64,000 nt of DNA, from the NCBI RefSeq assembly GCF_009914755.1, contig NC_060932.1; one strand, 5' to 3'. The notes below the pieces were generated by a model that was given only the letters and a program-made list of their open reading frames with translations, did no database searches and was not told the DNA's origin. This document shows, in pieces, positions 12,713 to 27,222 of this stretch. Position 1 is the first letter of the stretch. Every line of letters starts with the position of its first letter. The translations under genes and the position numbers were made by a program. This DNA comes from the human T2T-CHM13v2.0 reference genome, Homo sapiens.

Positions 12713-15444
12713 CCCTCCCTTCTTATGGCTCTCCTAGGTAAGCCTCTGCACTACCATATTTTTAGGGCCCCCATGTAGGCTGCACACTCTAAACAAAACC
12801 CCATAACCTGGACGATGTCTCTTATTTTTTTTTCTAAAAAGTGATTAATGCAATCTAATTTACAGATAAACATTCAATGAGCAATAAACACCATTTTCTT
12901 CCTTTCACACATACTTTCCTTCTTGTTTAATATGCAGAAGTACATTTTTATGTTTAAGTAAGTTTATGCCTACTCTTTTATTTTTGAAATTTTCCACTTC
13001 ATTTATAATCATCTTTCAAGTTGGTTATTCTAATGCCTTAATACCATTCAATTTTCCTTTATAATATTCCATTTACCTTTGGTTACCAGTCCATTTTCTA
13101 ACATAAGAGCATTCTGAGTTGTTTCTGGATCTACTTTTGCTCTTCCTCACACCGTTAATATGTTTCTAACCAGTATTCATTTTACTTAAGGCTTTGAGCT
13201 CTTAACACAAAATAAAACAAAACAAACCCTCTAGGGAGGTGTTTGGTGCCTAGTACACAGTAGGCAGCCAATAAGCAAATGAATGAGTTGTGTTTATGAA
13301 TTCACACCTAAAGTTAAGGTGTGAGTATGCTTTGTAATATTAACTGTGGGTTTCTCTTTTCTGATTATAGGAGGAGACACATTATGGAAAAATTGGTAAA
13401 TATAGAAATGTACAATGATGAAAACTCCAATTATCTATAGTATGTATATATATTTTAACACTTTATATGGCTCTATGAACACAATGCCTGTAAAGCCACA
13501 GGAATAAGCCCACTGGTAGGAAGCTCAGGGCCATGGAGGACTTGGGACGTTTATTATTGGGCAGGTCTGGGAATATCTACAGGATTGCATTCAATGCAAC
13601 GCATGCCTGCTAAAGGCAGATGGTTTGGTACTAGTGGCAACTTTAAGCTAACCACCCATTTCCGGAGGTCTTCTTAACTGCCTGTTTCCCAGCTAGAACT
13701 CTTTTGAAGACTCTTGGTATAAGCACAAGTGAGAGCAGGAAAGAGGAAATCCCCACTTGGTTTCCATAGTTTGGTGGCATCAATTCTCTTCATGTGGCAG
13801 ATCTCTGCCAGGACAGCGGTAATAGAATTTAAAAGATTTAATCACTGGTTTATTTTCCAAGGAGGTAGAGAAGAAAAAGAAGGTAAGAAAAAGTCACTGA
13901 GGTCCAGCAGGGAACAGAAGTTCTCTTCTGGTTGGTCAGAGGGAGTCTTAGCAACTAGGACAACAATCACTTCAAGGCAGGGGTATTTTGGTTTCACTAG
14001 GGAGAGGTGGGTTTGTGCTGCTCCCAATTTCAACAAGGCCACACTGCTTAACAGAGAAGCGAAGACTTTTTAATGCCAGAAGCAGCAACAAATCAAGAAT
14101 AGCTTTCCTATAGCAATCCACTTTTTTTAATGTTAAAATTTTTTATTGTATGCTCGGACAGCCAATCTCACATTTAGGTGAGAGTAATGTCCAATCTATA
14201 TAGCAATCTACTTTGAACTAATCGTCCGTTTTTTCATTCTGTTTTGAACAAAATAGCCAACATTGAGACCACAAGAATCAGCAATTTCTCAAAACCGTTC
14301 ATCTGCTGACTCAGCCCCTGGTGCCGCTACCTGTCAACAATAGATTAATTTGCTTTGGCTGAATTTGCAGGCTCTTCTCTGGCATGATCACAATACACAT
14401 TCGAAAGAGCTCTGAGTTGGAGATTAAGCTGCTCCCCACTTGAGGAGAATGTGGAAAATAAGAATCTATTGTATACAATGATCTTTTGAAGTTCATATCA
14501 CATACTGAAGGATTCCATGTGACTCGAGTAGGGATATAATACTTTATCTTTTTATCCTTCTGCTCTGAAAACCTTTTTGCTATTGTGAAACAATACCATA
14601 ATTTTATGAAGGTCCTTGGGAGAAAAGCAAACTCATTTTAAAGCATAGGAAATAACAATCTCCAGAGAAGAGAAAGAGGCAGATGACCATGGGGAAATGT
14701 GGTATTTCCAGGAATTACGAAATGTAACTTTTGTATTTGATGTATCACTGAGATTACAGGTCCATCTTCTGTTTCAAACCTGCTGGGTGACTCTTTCTAT
14801 CATTAGCCAACAAATGTCTGCTATGTTACATTTTTGTGGTATATTCTCAGGGTTATAGAGTTTCTCCTCTTTGAGTTTTTTTCCCAAGGCTCCACTGTCT
14901 AGCAGAAAGGAGTTAATGCCCTTGGCCATCAGCAAAAAAGCTACAAGCAGGGAGAAAATACATGATTGCAGAACTGAATAACTTAACAACATACAGAGAT
15001 ATTAAAATAAACAACCCTTGAGCTAGCAGACCATAGGACAATGGATCAGCAATTTTAGAATCTATTTCTGACTCTGTCATTGACTCAGGATACTGGGAAA
15101 GTCCTATGTTTCTGTTTTTCAAAAATTTATTACACCATCATGGCAATCATCTTTTTTTTTTTTTTTGTATAAATGATGCTTGCTGAGCACCCAGAATTTA
15201 GGGACTTTTCACTAGAATAAAAAGCAGTATGATTTTCAACTTTAAAAAAGGGGAAGAATATCATATGAATTCAAATGGTGAGCAAAGACATCTACAGGAG
15301 TGACGGAATAAGATCTAATGTTATAAATGTTTGTTTTAGGGCCCCTGCAAGGGTTTTGTTTTCCCTGTGAGTTTTTGCATACAGACAGGGCCTAGTGTTT
15401 GTGGAGCACCATTTCCATGTGCCCAGAACATGATGCAATTTGCT

Positions 15445-15580
15445 CTAAAGCCCAAGGTAGGCAGTATCTCCATTTTGCAAATGGGAAAGCTGAGCACAGA
15501 ACAGCTTAGAAATGTTGCTAAAGCTCCTGGTCTTGGTGGCTCTAAAGCCTGTACCTCAAGCTTTGTACTTCATGCACCTA
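15445..15580 (-). mobile_element. MIR fragment
   Basis: AGGTAGGCAGTATCTCCATTTTGCAAATGGGAAAGCTGAGCACAGA. Confidence 0.7.
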
Positions 15581-16176
15581 AAAGTATTCCCCACCGGTGA
15601 GTATCACTTCTGACTTGTTAACATTGCTTTCCTATTCTCTTCTCCTTAATTCTACATTATCTGTTGCATTCTTAAATTCCAGGGTTAGATCTGGAGCTAC
15701 AGGGATCCCCAGAACTCCCTGAGTCTAGTGTACACTGCTTATATATGTAGGAATTCTAGTTAATATGAACAGCTTCCTAAGGAAAAGGGGTTCTACTTTC
15801 ATTAGCAGAGGCAATTTCAGGCTCTGCACAGCTCAAGAGGCCTGTGCTTACTCATTCTTCCAATAGTCTCTGCAAGAAGGATGCTTCTCTCAAGCTCATG
15901 GTCTTTGGATGGAAGTCTTCCCTCTTCTGTCTTTGCTCCTTCTTCCTATGTAGTTGGTAGCAGTGTTTACTATCAACTATGGCAAAATTCCACTTGGCAT
16001 CAGCAGAACTCTATCAAAGCATTATAGAATCCTTTGCTTGGAGCAGACCTTCCTCCTACAGCTTCTCTGACGGATTGCCATTCTGCCTCTTGATGATGAC
16101 ACTGCCCTGTAACTTTTGCACACAATTCCTAGCTCTGCTCCACTAACAAATACACCTTGGGGAAAGTTTGGATGAC

Positions 16177-16549
16177 TGCATCAGTCAGCATTCAACCAGA
16201 AAAGCAGAACCAGTAGGAGAAAATGTACAAGATATTTTTTTGTAAGAAATTGCTTTACACGATTGTGGGAGCAGGCTCCGTAAGTCTGTAATCTGTACGG
16301 CAGGCTGGCAGGAAGGATCGGCTGAATCTACCGTCCACGGGTGGAATGTCCTCTTAAGCTGTGCTCTTCACATCATTCAGCTGCTGAATCAGGCCCACCT
16401 AGATCATCTATAATCTCCCTTACTGAAAACCAACTGATTATGGGCTTTAATTACATCTACAAAATACCTTCACAGCAACACCTATATTGGTGTTTGATTG
16501 AATAGCTGACGGTAGCCTCACCAAGTTGACACATCAAAAGCCCATTGCA
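16177..16549 (-). mobile_element. MLT2C/D-like ERVL LTR
   Basis: TGCATCAGTCAGCATTCAACCAGAAAAGCAGAACCAGTAGGAG...AAAATACCTTCACAGCAACACCT...CCAAGTTGACACAT. Confidence 0.8.
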
Positions 16550-16820
16550 AACATGGAATAACTGGCTGCATGAAGTTGTCAAAAGCAAAAAGTTAACATG
16601 AGAGTCCTAGGCCTGGGAGTGAGAACATTGCAAGGAGAACTGTCCACAGGAGGCCCGTGCCCGCCCCCAGCTCCTCCTGTAGCCAGGTGGGTAGAGTCCC
16701 TTTATCAATAACCTAACTCCCAACAAATCTCTGCCTCCCATACCACATTTAAGTATTCACAGTGACATTTGACATTTGCAAGGAGATTTATAAAGTAACT
16801 CTGGCTTTGTGGTGACACAA

Positions 16821-16890
16821 AGGGAAATGAGGAGGGACTGCTTAAGTTAGACATGAGGGAAACAAGGAAGGACTGCTTAAGTTAGACATG
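16821..16890. repeat. 35-bp tandem duplication, 3 mismatches
   Basis: AGGGAAATGAGGAGGGACTGCTTAAGTTAGACATG followed by AGGGAAACAAGGAAGGACTGCTTAAGTTAGACATG. Confidence 0.92.
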
Positions 16891-17015
16891 AGGCAAATGG
16901 AGCAGTACGTACAGCAAAGTAAACACTGAATCTGAAAAGGATTTGATTGTGCATTAAAAAACCACAAATATACAAAAATACTGGTGGAGAGATCCAGAAG
17001 AAAAATACTAGATCA

Positions 17016-17739
<724 letters not shown>

Positions 17740-18325
17740 CCCCTAAAATATTTACTTTTCCTCAAGCATCTTTTTTATTGCCTTTCAAAATCCTCAGCTT
17801 GAGGATTTTCTATGAGTTCACATTACTGTTTCTCTCTTGTCTCATCTTCCTGGGACATTTTTCTGTGTGTAACAGACAAATGTCCAAGGAATATTTGGAA
17901 ATTTGAATATAGGATATTAATTTTGAGATGTAAGACTCTGGTATCCACTTTTGGGTAAGGAGCTTCTCTGAGGAGTTATGGACTTGGAATTACGGAGGTT
18001 GGAGATGAGGATGATAGCTATGGGGGAGTTGTTAAACTATTCCAAAATTTCAGAGAATCTAACAGAAATTGTATGTTCATTTCTAAACAATCTGTCCAGG
18101 ATAAAAAATACTAAATATATTTACTTTTTGCTATATTTATATTACCTATCAGGAAAAAAAAATACTGGTGGGATAAAGTAAATGTTATAAATGTTGAAAT
18201 TTTAAAGTAATATAAAAATAATCAAATGAAAGAATGTAAGAAATGGGTAAAGATAGAGTTGATACAAGAATGGCAGATCTTAATAAGTGTTGAAGCTGGG
18301 TGATGGGTATACCCGTGTATGGTAT

Positions 18326-18521
18326 TGGGGGTTAAGGTTTCAACATAAAACTTTTGGGAGACACATTCCAGTTCATGATGGAAGATAATTAGATCTAAAG
18401 TTTTTCTTCTGAATTTTTCCACCAGTATTTTTACATGTTTTTTTCAAACACACAACCATAAATCCTTTTAAGATTCAGTTTTTAGTTTGCAGAACAACTG
18501 TACATACTGCTCAGTTTGCCT
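18326..18521 (-). repeat. Inverted copy of 16891-17014 plus 17344-17412 (Alu-free)
   Basis: The reverse complement shares ACTGAATCT-AAAAGGATTT, AAAAATACTGGTGGA, CAGAAGAAAAA, TAGATCTAATT, TATGTTGAA and CCTTAACCCCCA in collinear order. Confidence 0.88.
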
Positions 18522-19594
18522 TGTATGAGATAATAATAACTATCTTATAAAACATGAAATACTGGAGTGGGGAGCAGGAATAATAAAAGTTTTGCTGTAT
18601 GGTGAAAAATTCAGAAACCAGTGTAATAGACCATGTTCATGTGGCTTATTGGACTTCTGTTCTGATGTTATTTTTAAAATAAATTTTTATTGCCATAATA
18701 TCCTCTAACAATTTCCACATCCAGTTCTTCATAAAAGCATATCCCAAAGACAATTCAGTTTGTATAAATTTAAAAATTATATCCAAAGGTCACAAATACT
18801 AAAAACTGGGGCTATTAGCTTTAGAAGTACATGTTCTAAAGAAATACTCTGATATATTCTGAGAAATATAGGTAGACCTGTAAAAGCACCTGTGAGCTCT
18901 GCTCAGGACACCTTTGCCTTTGCCTGGATGCCCTGCCGCATGGCCTATAGGGAAGCCCAATGCACCGCGAACCATGGCATTTTTGCTTTCTTCCCCCAGT
19001 GAGTTCTTTGGATATTCTGTTAATGCTTAAAAATATTAGCATCTTTAACCTCAACATGCTGATGCTGAGGACTTAGTCCCACTTCCATTCTATTTATGTA
19101 TTTTCTAGCAATCAGTCCAAACTGAAATTGAATTCACAGGCCTAATGAGATGGGATTTCTGCCACCTTCTCATTCCCATGACTTGTCTTGCTCTATGATA
19201 GGTGACTTGAGGCAGAAATTCCATAGTAACGTCTTACGGAGATGTTTCCCGCTCTCTAGTCATCTCTTTTTCTACTCTGCATTCTTACTCCAAAGGTGAA
19301 GACTTAATAAATCAATTCACATGGAATTTAATCACATGGAATGAAACGTTAGGCTCCACCAAACAAGGGGTGGGAAAATAGAAAAGTAGAGGTGTTTTGA
19401 GGACAGAGGCCCCTTTTTGTATCCACATTGGAAGCTGCTGACTTTCTTTTCAGATCAAATCTGCCAGAGTCCGTTATACTTCCCTCTACTTACTCAGATT
19501 CTTCAAAGCTCAGATGAAGACATGGACTCTGCAGACCCTTGCCTGACCTCTCAGAGTGATCTTCCTCTTTTTGAATTATTATAAAAAGTGTCTT

Positions 19595-20045
19595 TTCACA
19601 GTAGCAAAAATATGGAATCAACCTAAATGCCCATCAATGATAGACTGGATAAAGAAAATGTGGTACATATATACCACGGAATACTATGCTGCTATACAAA
19701 AAAAGAATGAGATCATGGCCTTTGCTGGGTCATGGATGGAGCTGGAGAACATTATCCTTAGCAAACTAATGCAGGAACAGAAAACCAAATACCTCATGTT
19801 CTCACTTATAAGCAGGAGCTAAATGATGAGAACACATGGACACATAGAGGGGAACAATGCACCCTGGGTTCTGTCAGAGTGTGGAGGGTGGGAGGAGGGA
19901 GAGGATCAGGAAAAATAACCAATGGGTACTAGGCTTAGTACCTAGGTGATGACATTATCTGTACAACAAACCCCCATAACACAAGTTTACCTATTTAACA
20001 AACCTGCACATCCTGCAATGTACCCCTGAACTTAAAAGTTATTTT
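19595..20045 (+). mobile_element. 5'-truncated L1PA (13-16-like)
   Basis: ORF2 end WNQPKCPSMIDWIKKMWYIYT...MFSLISRS*. 3'UTR GAGAACACATGGACAC...ATGTACCCCTGAACTTAAAA. Confidence 0.92.
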
Positions 20046-21479
20046 ATTTTAAGTGTGTGATCTGAAACAACCAAGCTGTAAATTTTATATAAGCTTGTAT
20101 GGCTTTCTAGGGCTTTCTAGCTATTTTGTATGCTCTTTTTTTGCTAACTCGAGTAGGGTCATGTCTCCTTGTTTTGCATCTCTGATGGCATTGAAGAAAG
20201 TGTAGAGTAGACTAAGTTTGTCTGTTTCATCCTTTTTCCTTTTTGATGTACCCACATATGCTTTTCTGGTAACATTCCCTGTTCTTTGTTTCTAACTCTT
20301 TTTTTTCTGTCGATATATAACTTCTCTGTGTGTTTCTTCTTGATAGTCCTATTATCTTCTAAGATTATTGTTAATATGTAATAAGTTAATCCTGAAAATC
20401 ATAGGTTCAACAATATACAATTGCTAATTTTTTTAATCTACAAAAGCAGCAATTTCATAGGGTTTGATCTTATGGATAAAGTCTTAGAGCATTACCTCTC
20501 ACACCTGACATCTGGTGACAAAAACTATATTGCAGAAGAATAAATCCATAATGATGTCATTTAGCCTTAGTAGTTCAGCAGGGGAGACATTTTGGGTGTT
20601 AAGATACCTTAACCACACTACTCAAATAATATCCAAGAATGGATAGTTACCTAACCTGTTAATGCAGAAGGTCAGGCCCCTGTCCTGGAAACATACTACA
20701 TGGTTAATATTTGTTGACGTTCTTCTTCTTTAAATGCACATAATATTAATATCAAAGGCTAGAAATTGCCTAGTTGAAGCTAAGGTAAATGGAAAGGGCC
20801 ATGAATAGAGGTAAGCTTACTTTTGCTACCAAATTTCTCTCATATACATAAAGTTCAAGTTAATAGTCTGAACAAGGTTAGAGGAAATGAGAAGATTGGG
20901 AGATAAGGCACTTTTAAGACATTTCAATTTAATAAAAAAAATGAGAATATTTGCTGTGTTATTTAAAATGACTCCTTTCTTTGGGGCCCTGAGTAACCAA
21001 TTTGCATGAGTTTTCCAATCTGTACACTGAGAAGGTTAGGTTAGATATGTTGGGCCTTTCAAATATTATATTTTATATAATAAAAGCCATTTGTAAAGAT
21101 TTCAAGGCAATGTTTCTGTAAACACTTGAAGGTAAAAGTAAAAGTTCATTAAAATCATGTGATGCCCAAATCCTATAATTAATTTTGCATTAATTCTTAA
21201 TATTCTTATCTTCCTTTGTGTGAATTAGTGATGTTTTATTCTATTTTATCAGAATCAATTTCATTGGTGTTTATAACAAACCAGATCCCTATTTTTAATG
21301 GCTTGTTATAGTTTTAGTTTGGAGTTTTTGAAAAGAAACTGTTCATATTTTAGAGCTAGGTGGCCAGACAATTGAAAATGGCTAAAGAAGACAGTGTAAA
21401 ACAGTTTTCTAACTCTCCCACCTAGGGTTACTGTCTCAACTCTCAGGGCACTGAATATATTCTATTCTAGTGGCACTTT

Positions 21480-21640
21480 AATTTTGCCCTAATTATCCAT
21501 ATATTATCTGTATATCTGTATCTCCTATCAGACTGTAAACTTCCTGAGCAGAGAGATGAATATTATTCAACTTTGTACCCTCTGAAGCATCTAACATAAT
21601 TCCTTGAATATAGTAGGTGCTTTAATATTAGTTGAATTCC
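21480..21640 (+). mobile_element. L2 3' end, followed by a reverse MIR3-like piece to ~21790
   Basis: AGACTGTAAACTTCCTGAGCAGAG...TTTGTACCCTC...ATAGTAGGTGCTTTAATA. Confidence 0.65.
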
Positions 21641-22334
21641 CTTAAGTTATAACGCTATAGAATTTCAGAGCCAGAGGAGAGTCTCTGAGATCATCACAAA
21701 TATTCTACAACTAGGAAATCTGAGGACCAGAGAAGTCAAGGTGTCGGCTTAAGGTTATGCAGATGTTATTGACATGAAGACCCATAACTATATCAAAGCC
21801 ATAGGGACCCAGCCCTATGTTCTGGGTCTCAGAAATAAGGGAGATCCAAGAGAATCTTCCCTGTTTCTTGACGGTCTAAACCAGAATGTGGCCACATTTG
21901 CATGTGCAAGAAAGCACTTTTATTATTGGCTTGATTCATGATGTAGTATTAACCTGCCTTCCTGTTGTTGTAGTCACTCTTTCCTTTCCCCAATAAAGAC
22001 TCTGGATTGTGTTGCATCTTTCTCCAAGGAAATGATATTTCCGTAAGAGAAAGATGGTCTCTGAAAATGAAGTTTATTGATAAGCATAGGATGTTGCAAA
22101 AGATGAAACCCAACAGCCCTTGAAGTGGATGTTGGTATAACCTCTGCAGACCTCAGCACTACGTTTCATACCATATCCACACATCACAGGCTCCACTAGC
22201 TTAGTATGCTGGGGCGGAAGAAACTCTTTAAAACTAGCTCCCTATGGTTTTGAAATTATATTGCTTGCCGTTCCCTGCTATAAAATACGGTGAAAGCTAA
22301 AATATTTTCAGATGTGGGTTTTCATACTCACTTC

Positions 22335-22660
22335 CCCTCATCTTATGGCAAGTGTAATGTAAGCTTACTGTAGAAAAAAATACAGATAAGGGAGTAAAGG
22401 AAAAATAAAAATCAACTGGAATCCCATCACACTGAGATAACCGTAGCTCATATTTTGATGTATATGTGTACACACAGTTATATATATTAAATGACATTAC
22501 TTAAGTATATTTCTATGATAATATATGTAATTCTAAATCTTTGTTAATGTCCACATTACATTCCAATGAACTAATGTACCATAGTTTATAAAATTCTTTC
22601 CTGTTGCATGTATAGATTATTTCTAATTTTTTCCATATTTAATAATAATGTAAACTTGTT
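22335..22660 (-). mobile_element. L1ME-type 3' fragment
   Basis: AATCCCATCACACTGAGATAACC...ATGTACCATAGTTTAT...TTTCTAATTTTTTCC. Confidence 0.5.
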
Positions 22661-24927
22661 CAGTATTGTATTCTTTTTCTGTTCTTGCTTTTAATTGTTT
22701 TAGTATTTTAAAACACAGATTTTTAAAAAATATGTGATATAGCAACGTATTTATGAGTATGTAGAGACTGTGTTGAAATTATCATCTAAGGAAATATCAC
22801 CACATATGAATAGAGACAGCCTGTTCAGTCTATTGTGTCTTTGAATAATCCAAGCTAGCTCATACCAACTAATGAATAAGGAAACACTGAGGATATGCTG
22901 AGAATTTTCAGACGCATTTCTTATACAAAATTTTCTCCAGCATGATAATGTTTTACATCATGAAGTAATAGCAACTAATACAAACTACACGAGCCCGTCT
23001 AAATGCAAGCTGCAGAGGAGTTCAGTACTGTGTGGATGCCCTTGCACCCCCCAGCCTCCCCATTTGCTCAGTGTTGGCCACATGCTACTATGTCTTAGAC
23101 TTCCTTGTGATGTCCACCCCACAGGGATTTGGTTCTGGCCTCCACAACTCAACTACCTCAACCTTTCCTTATTTCTCCTTCCATCGAGCTACATTCACTT
23201 CCTTAAAAAAATTCAACATGTCTTTTAACTGTGCTAGTGTTTTTATTCAATTGTTATTTCTTTGTTGATGCTCTTTTGAGTGATCTATATCCATTCTATT
23301 TAGCTGTTATTCTCAGTACAATTCTGCAGGATGTGGAATTATTCAGAAATGCATATATTGTGTTGTAGCTAAAACCTTTATCTCATGCTCAGGCTTCTGA
23401 GTAAAGAGAGCAGAATAAAACCAGATCATTATAATTCCTGTCCTGGTAACTCACAAAATTATAATCTCCACCCCTCAAACCAAAGGAGAAAAACCCAGCA
23501 AAAAATTTACCAACAACAAAATGATAAGGAAATGGATAAAACTCAATGATGTAAGATCTAGAAAGGAACAGAATATTTTAGTATAGTTTCTAATCTCACT
23601 CTTTTGCCCCCCAAAAGACTGTATCAGAGAAAGAAGGTAAGTCAAGAAAATCCAAAGTGTTTGCCCTTATATATATATCCCTGTGTAAAAGGAAGTCTAT
23701 TAAAAAGATAAGCTTATAATATTTTTGAAACTAGAGGAAAACTTCTTTTGAGTAGCAGCCCCTAGTTATTACCATTCTATGTTCACTAATATTTAGGAGC
23801 CCATTCTCTAAACTTAGATCCAAAGCAAGGTTGTCCTATCCAGAGGGTAAGATACACTCTTAACTTGGATTAGGGGTCCAGGTGGCACTGAATATGGCAT
23901 AGCACATTTAACAAAATGAGAGAAGAGAGCAGAGCTTGGGTTGTTCAACAAAGATTGCTCAAGTTAAAAAATAATAGGCAGTATCATAATTTCCTAGTTC
24001 ACAAATTGTTGACATGAGAGATAAACAAGTACAAAGGAGAAGTATGCCAAGAAGAATTTACCACCAGCATCAAACATTTTAGAAGCCCTGAATTGAGGTG
24101 TCCACTAGATATATGAAAATAAAAAGAAACAACACGGTAATCACACAACTATCTTACCTCATACCCTCTTCAAATAAAGAAGGGAAATATATGTGTCACA
24201 AGGTCTCTTATTAACTTTATGTTACAACTGACTTGTGCACGGAAAGTTTATTTATTTGCTCTATAACTGCTTTGATCTTCTTCCAAAGCACCCAACTCTT
24301 ATGGGTAGCAGAGGAAAAGTCAGTAAAGCTGTCCTGACACAATAATTAAAGTAGATCCCTAAGTAAATATCCAGCCTTTTAATGCTGTAGTTGCCACGTG
24401 TATTATATTTGCATCAGTGAGAACTCCAACAGACAGTGCTACAATTTTGGCTTTCACCAATCATACATATTTGAAAGACCTTAAAGGGAGAAAATATTCT
24501 GTTGTATTTACCCAAATATCTGTTTATATTCTGTTGCTTTTTCTTCATGCCTGATGCTCCATATTTTTCTCTTCAGCCTAAAGAATTTCCTTTAGCATTT
24601 ATTTCAGACTAGATCTGCTGTGATGAATTCTTAGTTTTCACTCATCTGAGAATGGCTTTATCTCGCCTTCGTTCCTGAAGGATATTTTTTGCTGAATATA
24701 GAATTCTGGGTTGACTTCATTTTCCTTTAGGACTTTAAAGATATTATTCCACTGTCTTCTGGCTTCCATAACCTCAGATGAGAAACCCAAAGTCACTAGA
24801 AAATAGTCTCATTATATGTAAAATGTTGTGATTCTCCAGCTGCTTCAAGATTTGTCTTTATTATTGGTTTTCAGTAAGTAGTTTGATTATGATATGATTG
24901 GGCATAGTTTTCTTTGAGTTAATAGGA

Positions 24928-24930
<3 letters not shown>

Positions 24931-24988
<58 letters not shown>
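24931..24988. repeat. (GT)29 microsatellite
   Basis: Perfect dinucleotide run. Confidence 0.97.
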
Positions 24989-24989
<1 letters not shown>

Positions 24990-26203
24990 GGGGGGAGATG
25001 GGGTGTTTCTGAGCTTCTTCAATCTCTAAATCACAAAATTTGAGAACTTTTCAGCCAATATTTGTTCACATATTTTTTCAGCCCCTCTCCTCTTTCTCTT
25101 TCCTTTCTGAGACTCCAATGACACCAATATGAGACTTTTTATTATCGTCCCACAGGTCCTCAGGATCTGTTCATTTTTAAAAATATATTTCCCTCTTTTT
25201 TTAGGATTAGATTATTTCTGCTGACCTATCTTAAAGTTTGCTATTTCCTGTTACCTCCATTCTGTTATTGAATCCACCCAGTGAATTTTCTAATTTTAAC
25301 TTTTGTATTTTTTATTTCTCAAATTTTCATTTTTTTCATATTTTTCTATTTCTTTGTTGAAAACTTTTTTCATTTGTATCAATTGATGGGGTACAAGTGT
25401 AAATTTATTATATGCATAGATTGTGTTGTGGTGAAGTCAGAGCTTTTAGGGTGGGTATCCATCACCCAAATAACATACATCGTACCCATTAATTTCTCAT
25501 CATCCACTCTCTTCCTACCCTCTACCTTTTCAAGTTTCCAATGCCTATAATTCCACACTCTATCTCCATCTGTAAACATTATTTAGCTCCCACTTATAAG
25601 TGAGAACATGTGGTATTTGTCTTTCTGCGTCTGAGTTGTTTGATTTAAGATGATGGCCTGCAGTTCCATCCATGTTGTTACAAAAGACATGATTTCATTC
25701 TCTTTATGACTGAATGGTATTCCATTGTGTACATATAACACATTTTGTATATCCATTCATCTGTTGACAGGCACTTAGGTTGATTCCATATCTTTGCTAT
25801 TGTGAACAGTGCTGTGATAAACACACAAGTGCAGGAATAATTTTGATATAATGATTTATTTTCCTTTGGGTAGAATCAGTAGTGGGATTGCTAGATTAAA
25901 TGGTAGCTATATTTTAGTTATTTGAGATGTCTCCATACCGTTTTCCATAGAGATTGTGCTAATTTATGTTCCTACCAACAGTGTACAAGAGTTCCCTTTT
26001 CTCTACATTCTAGCCAACATCTGTTATTTTTTGTCATTTTTATAGTAGCCATTCTGGCTGGTATAAAATGATATCCTATGTGGTTTTAATTTGCATTTCT
26101 CTAATAATTAGAGATCTTGGGGATTTTTTCATATACCTATTGGCAATTTGCATGTCTTCTTTTGAAAAATATCTGTTCCTGTTCTTTGTCCACTTTAAAA
26201 AAA

Positions 26204-26488
26204 TTTTTTTTTCCAACCGACTCTCACTCTGTTGCCCAGGCTGGAGTGAAGTGGTATGATCTCGGCTCACTGCAACTTCTGCCTGCTGGCTTCAAGTGAT
26301 TCTCCTGCTTCAGCTGCCCAAGTAACTGGGACTACAGGCATGCACCACCACACCTGACTAAATTTTGTACTTTTTGGTAGGGATGGGGTTTCACCATGTT
26401 GACCGGGCTGCTCTCGAACTCCTGACCTCAAGTGATCTGCCCCCCTCGGCCTCCGAAAGTGCTGGAATTACAGGTGTGAGCCACCGCA
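26204..26488 (-). mobile_element. AluSx-like, inside L1
   Basis: CTCACTCTGTTGCCCAGGCTGGAGTG...CTCCTGACCTCAAGTGATCTGCC...GTGAGCCACCGC. Confidence 0.92.
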
Positions 26489-26909
26489 TTTTTGCCTACA
26501 TTTTAATGGGGTTTGATTTTTTTGTTGTTGAGTAACTTGTAAATTCTGAATATTAGTCCTCTATTGGCTGCATAATTTGCAGATATTTTCTGTCTTTCTG
26601 CAGGTTGTCTATTCACTCTGTTGATTATTTCTTTTGTTATGCAGAAGCTTTTTAGGTTAAGTCCCATTTGTCTATTTTTGTTTTTGGTGACTGTGTTTTG
26701 AGGTCTTAGTCATGAATTATTTGCCTAGACCAATGTCCAGAAGAGTTTTTCCTAGGTTTATTTTTTTTAAGTATTTTAGTAGTTTGAGGTCTTACATTTA
26801 AGTCTTTAATTCATCTTGAGTTGTATATGCTGAGAGATAGGGATCTAGTTTTATTCTTCTAAATACAACAATCCCATTTTCCCAGCACCATTTATTGAAT
26901 AGGGTGTCC

Positions 26910-27222
26910 TTTTCTTTTCTTTTCTTTTCTTTTCTTTTTTTGAGACAGGGTCTGGTTCTGTCGCACAGGTGCTGGAGTGCAGTGACGCAATCACAGCTCA
27001 TTGCAGGGCTCATGCTATCCCTGGAGGGAGCACCTCAGCATCCTAAGTAGCTGGGACCACTCAGGCATGTGCCACTACATCCAGCTAATTTTTTAAATTG
27101 TTTGTAGTGATGGGGCCTCATTAGGTTGCCCAAGCTGGTCTTGAACTCCTGGGCTCAAGTGATCTTCCTGTCTAGACCTCCCCAAGTCCTGATATTACAG
27201 GCATGAGCCACCATCCTCAGGC
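26910..27222 (-). mobile_element. AluJ inside L1, with a (CTTTT)n tail
   Basis: J diagnostics GAGACAGGGTCT...CAATCACAGCTCA...GAACTCCTGGGCTCAAGTGATC. Confidence 0.9.

Noticed and set aside
16821-16890. CRISPR-like repeat-spacer
   Set aside because: Only two adjacent copies in eukaryotic DNA; a simple tandem duplication.
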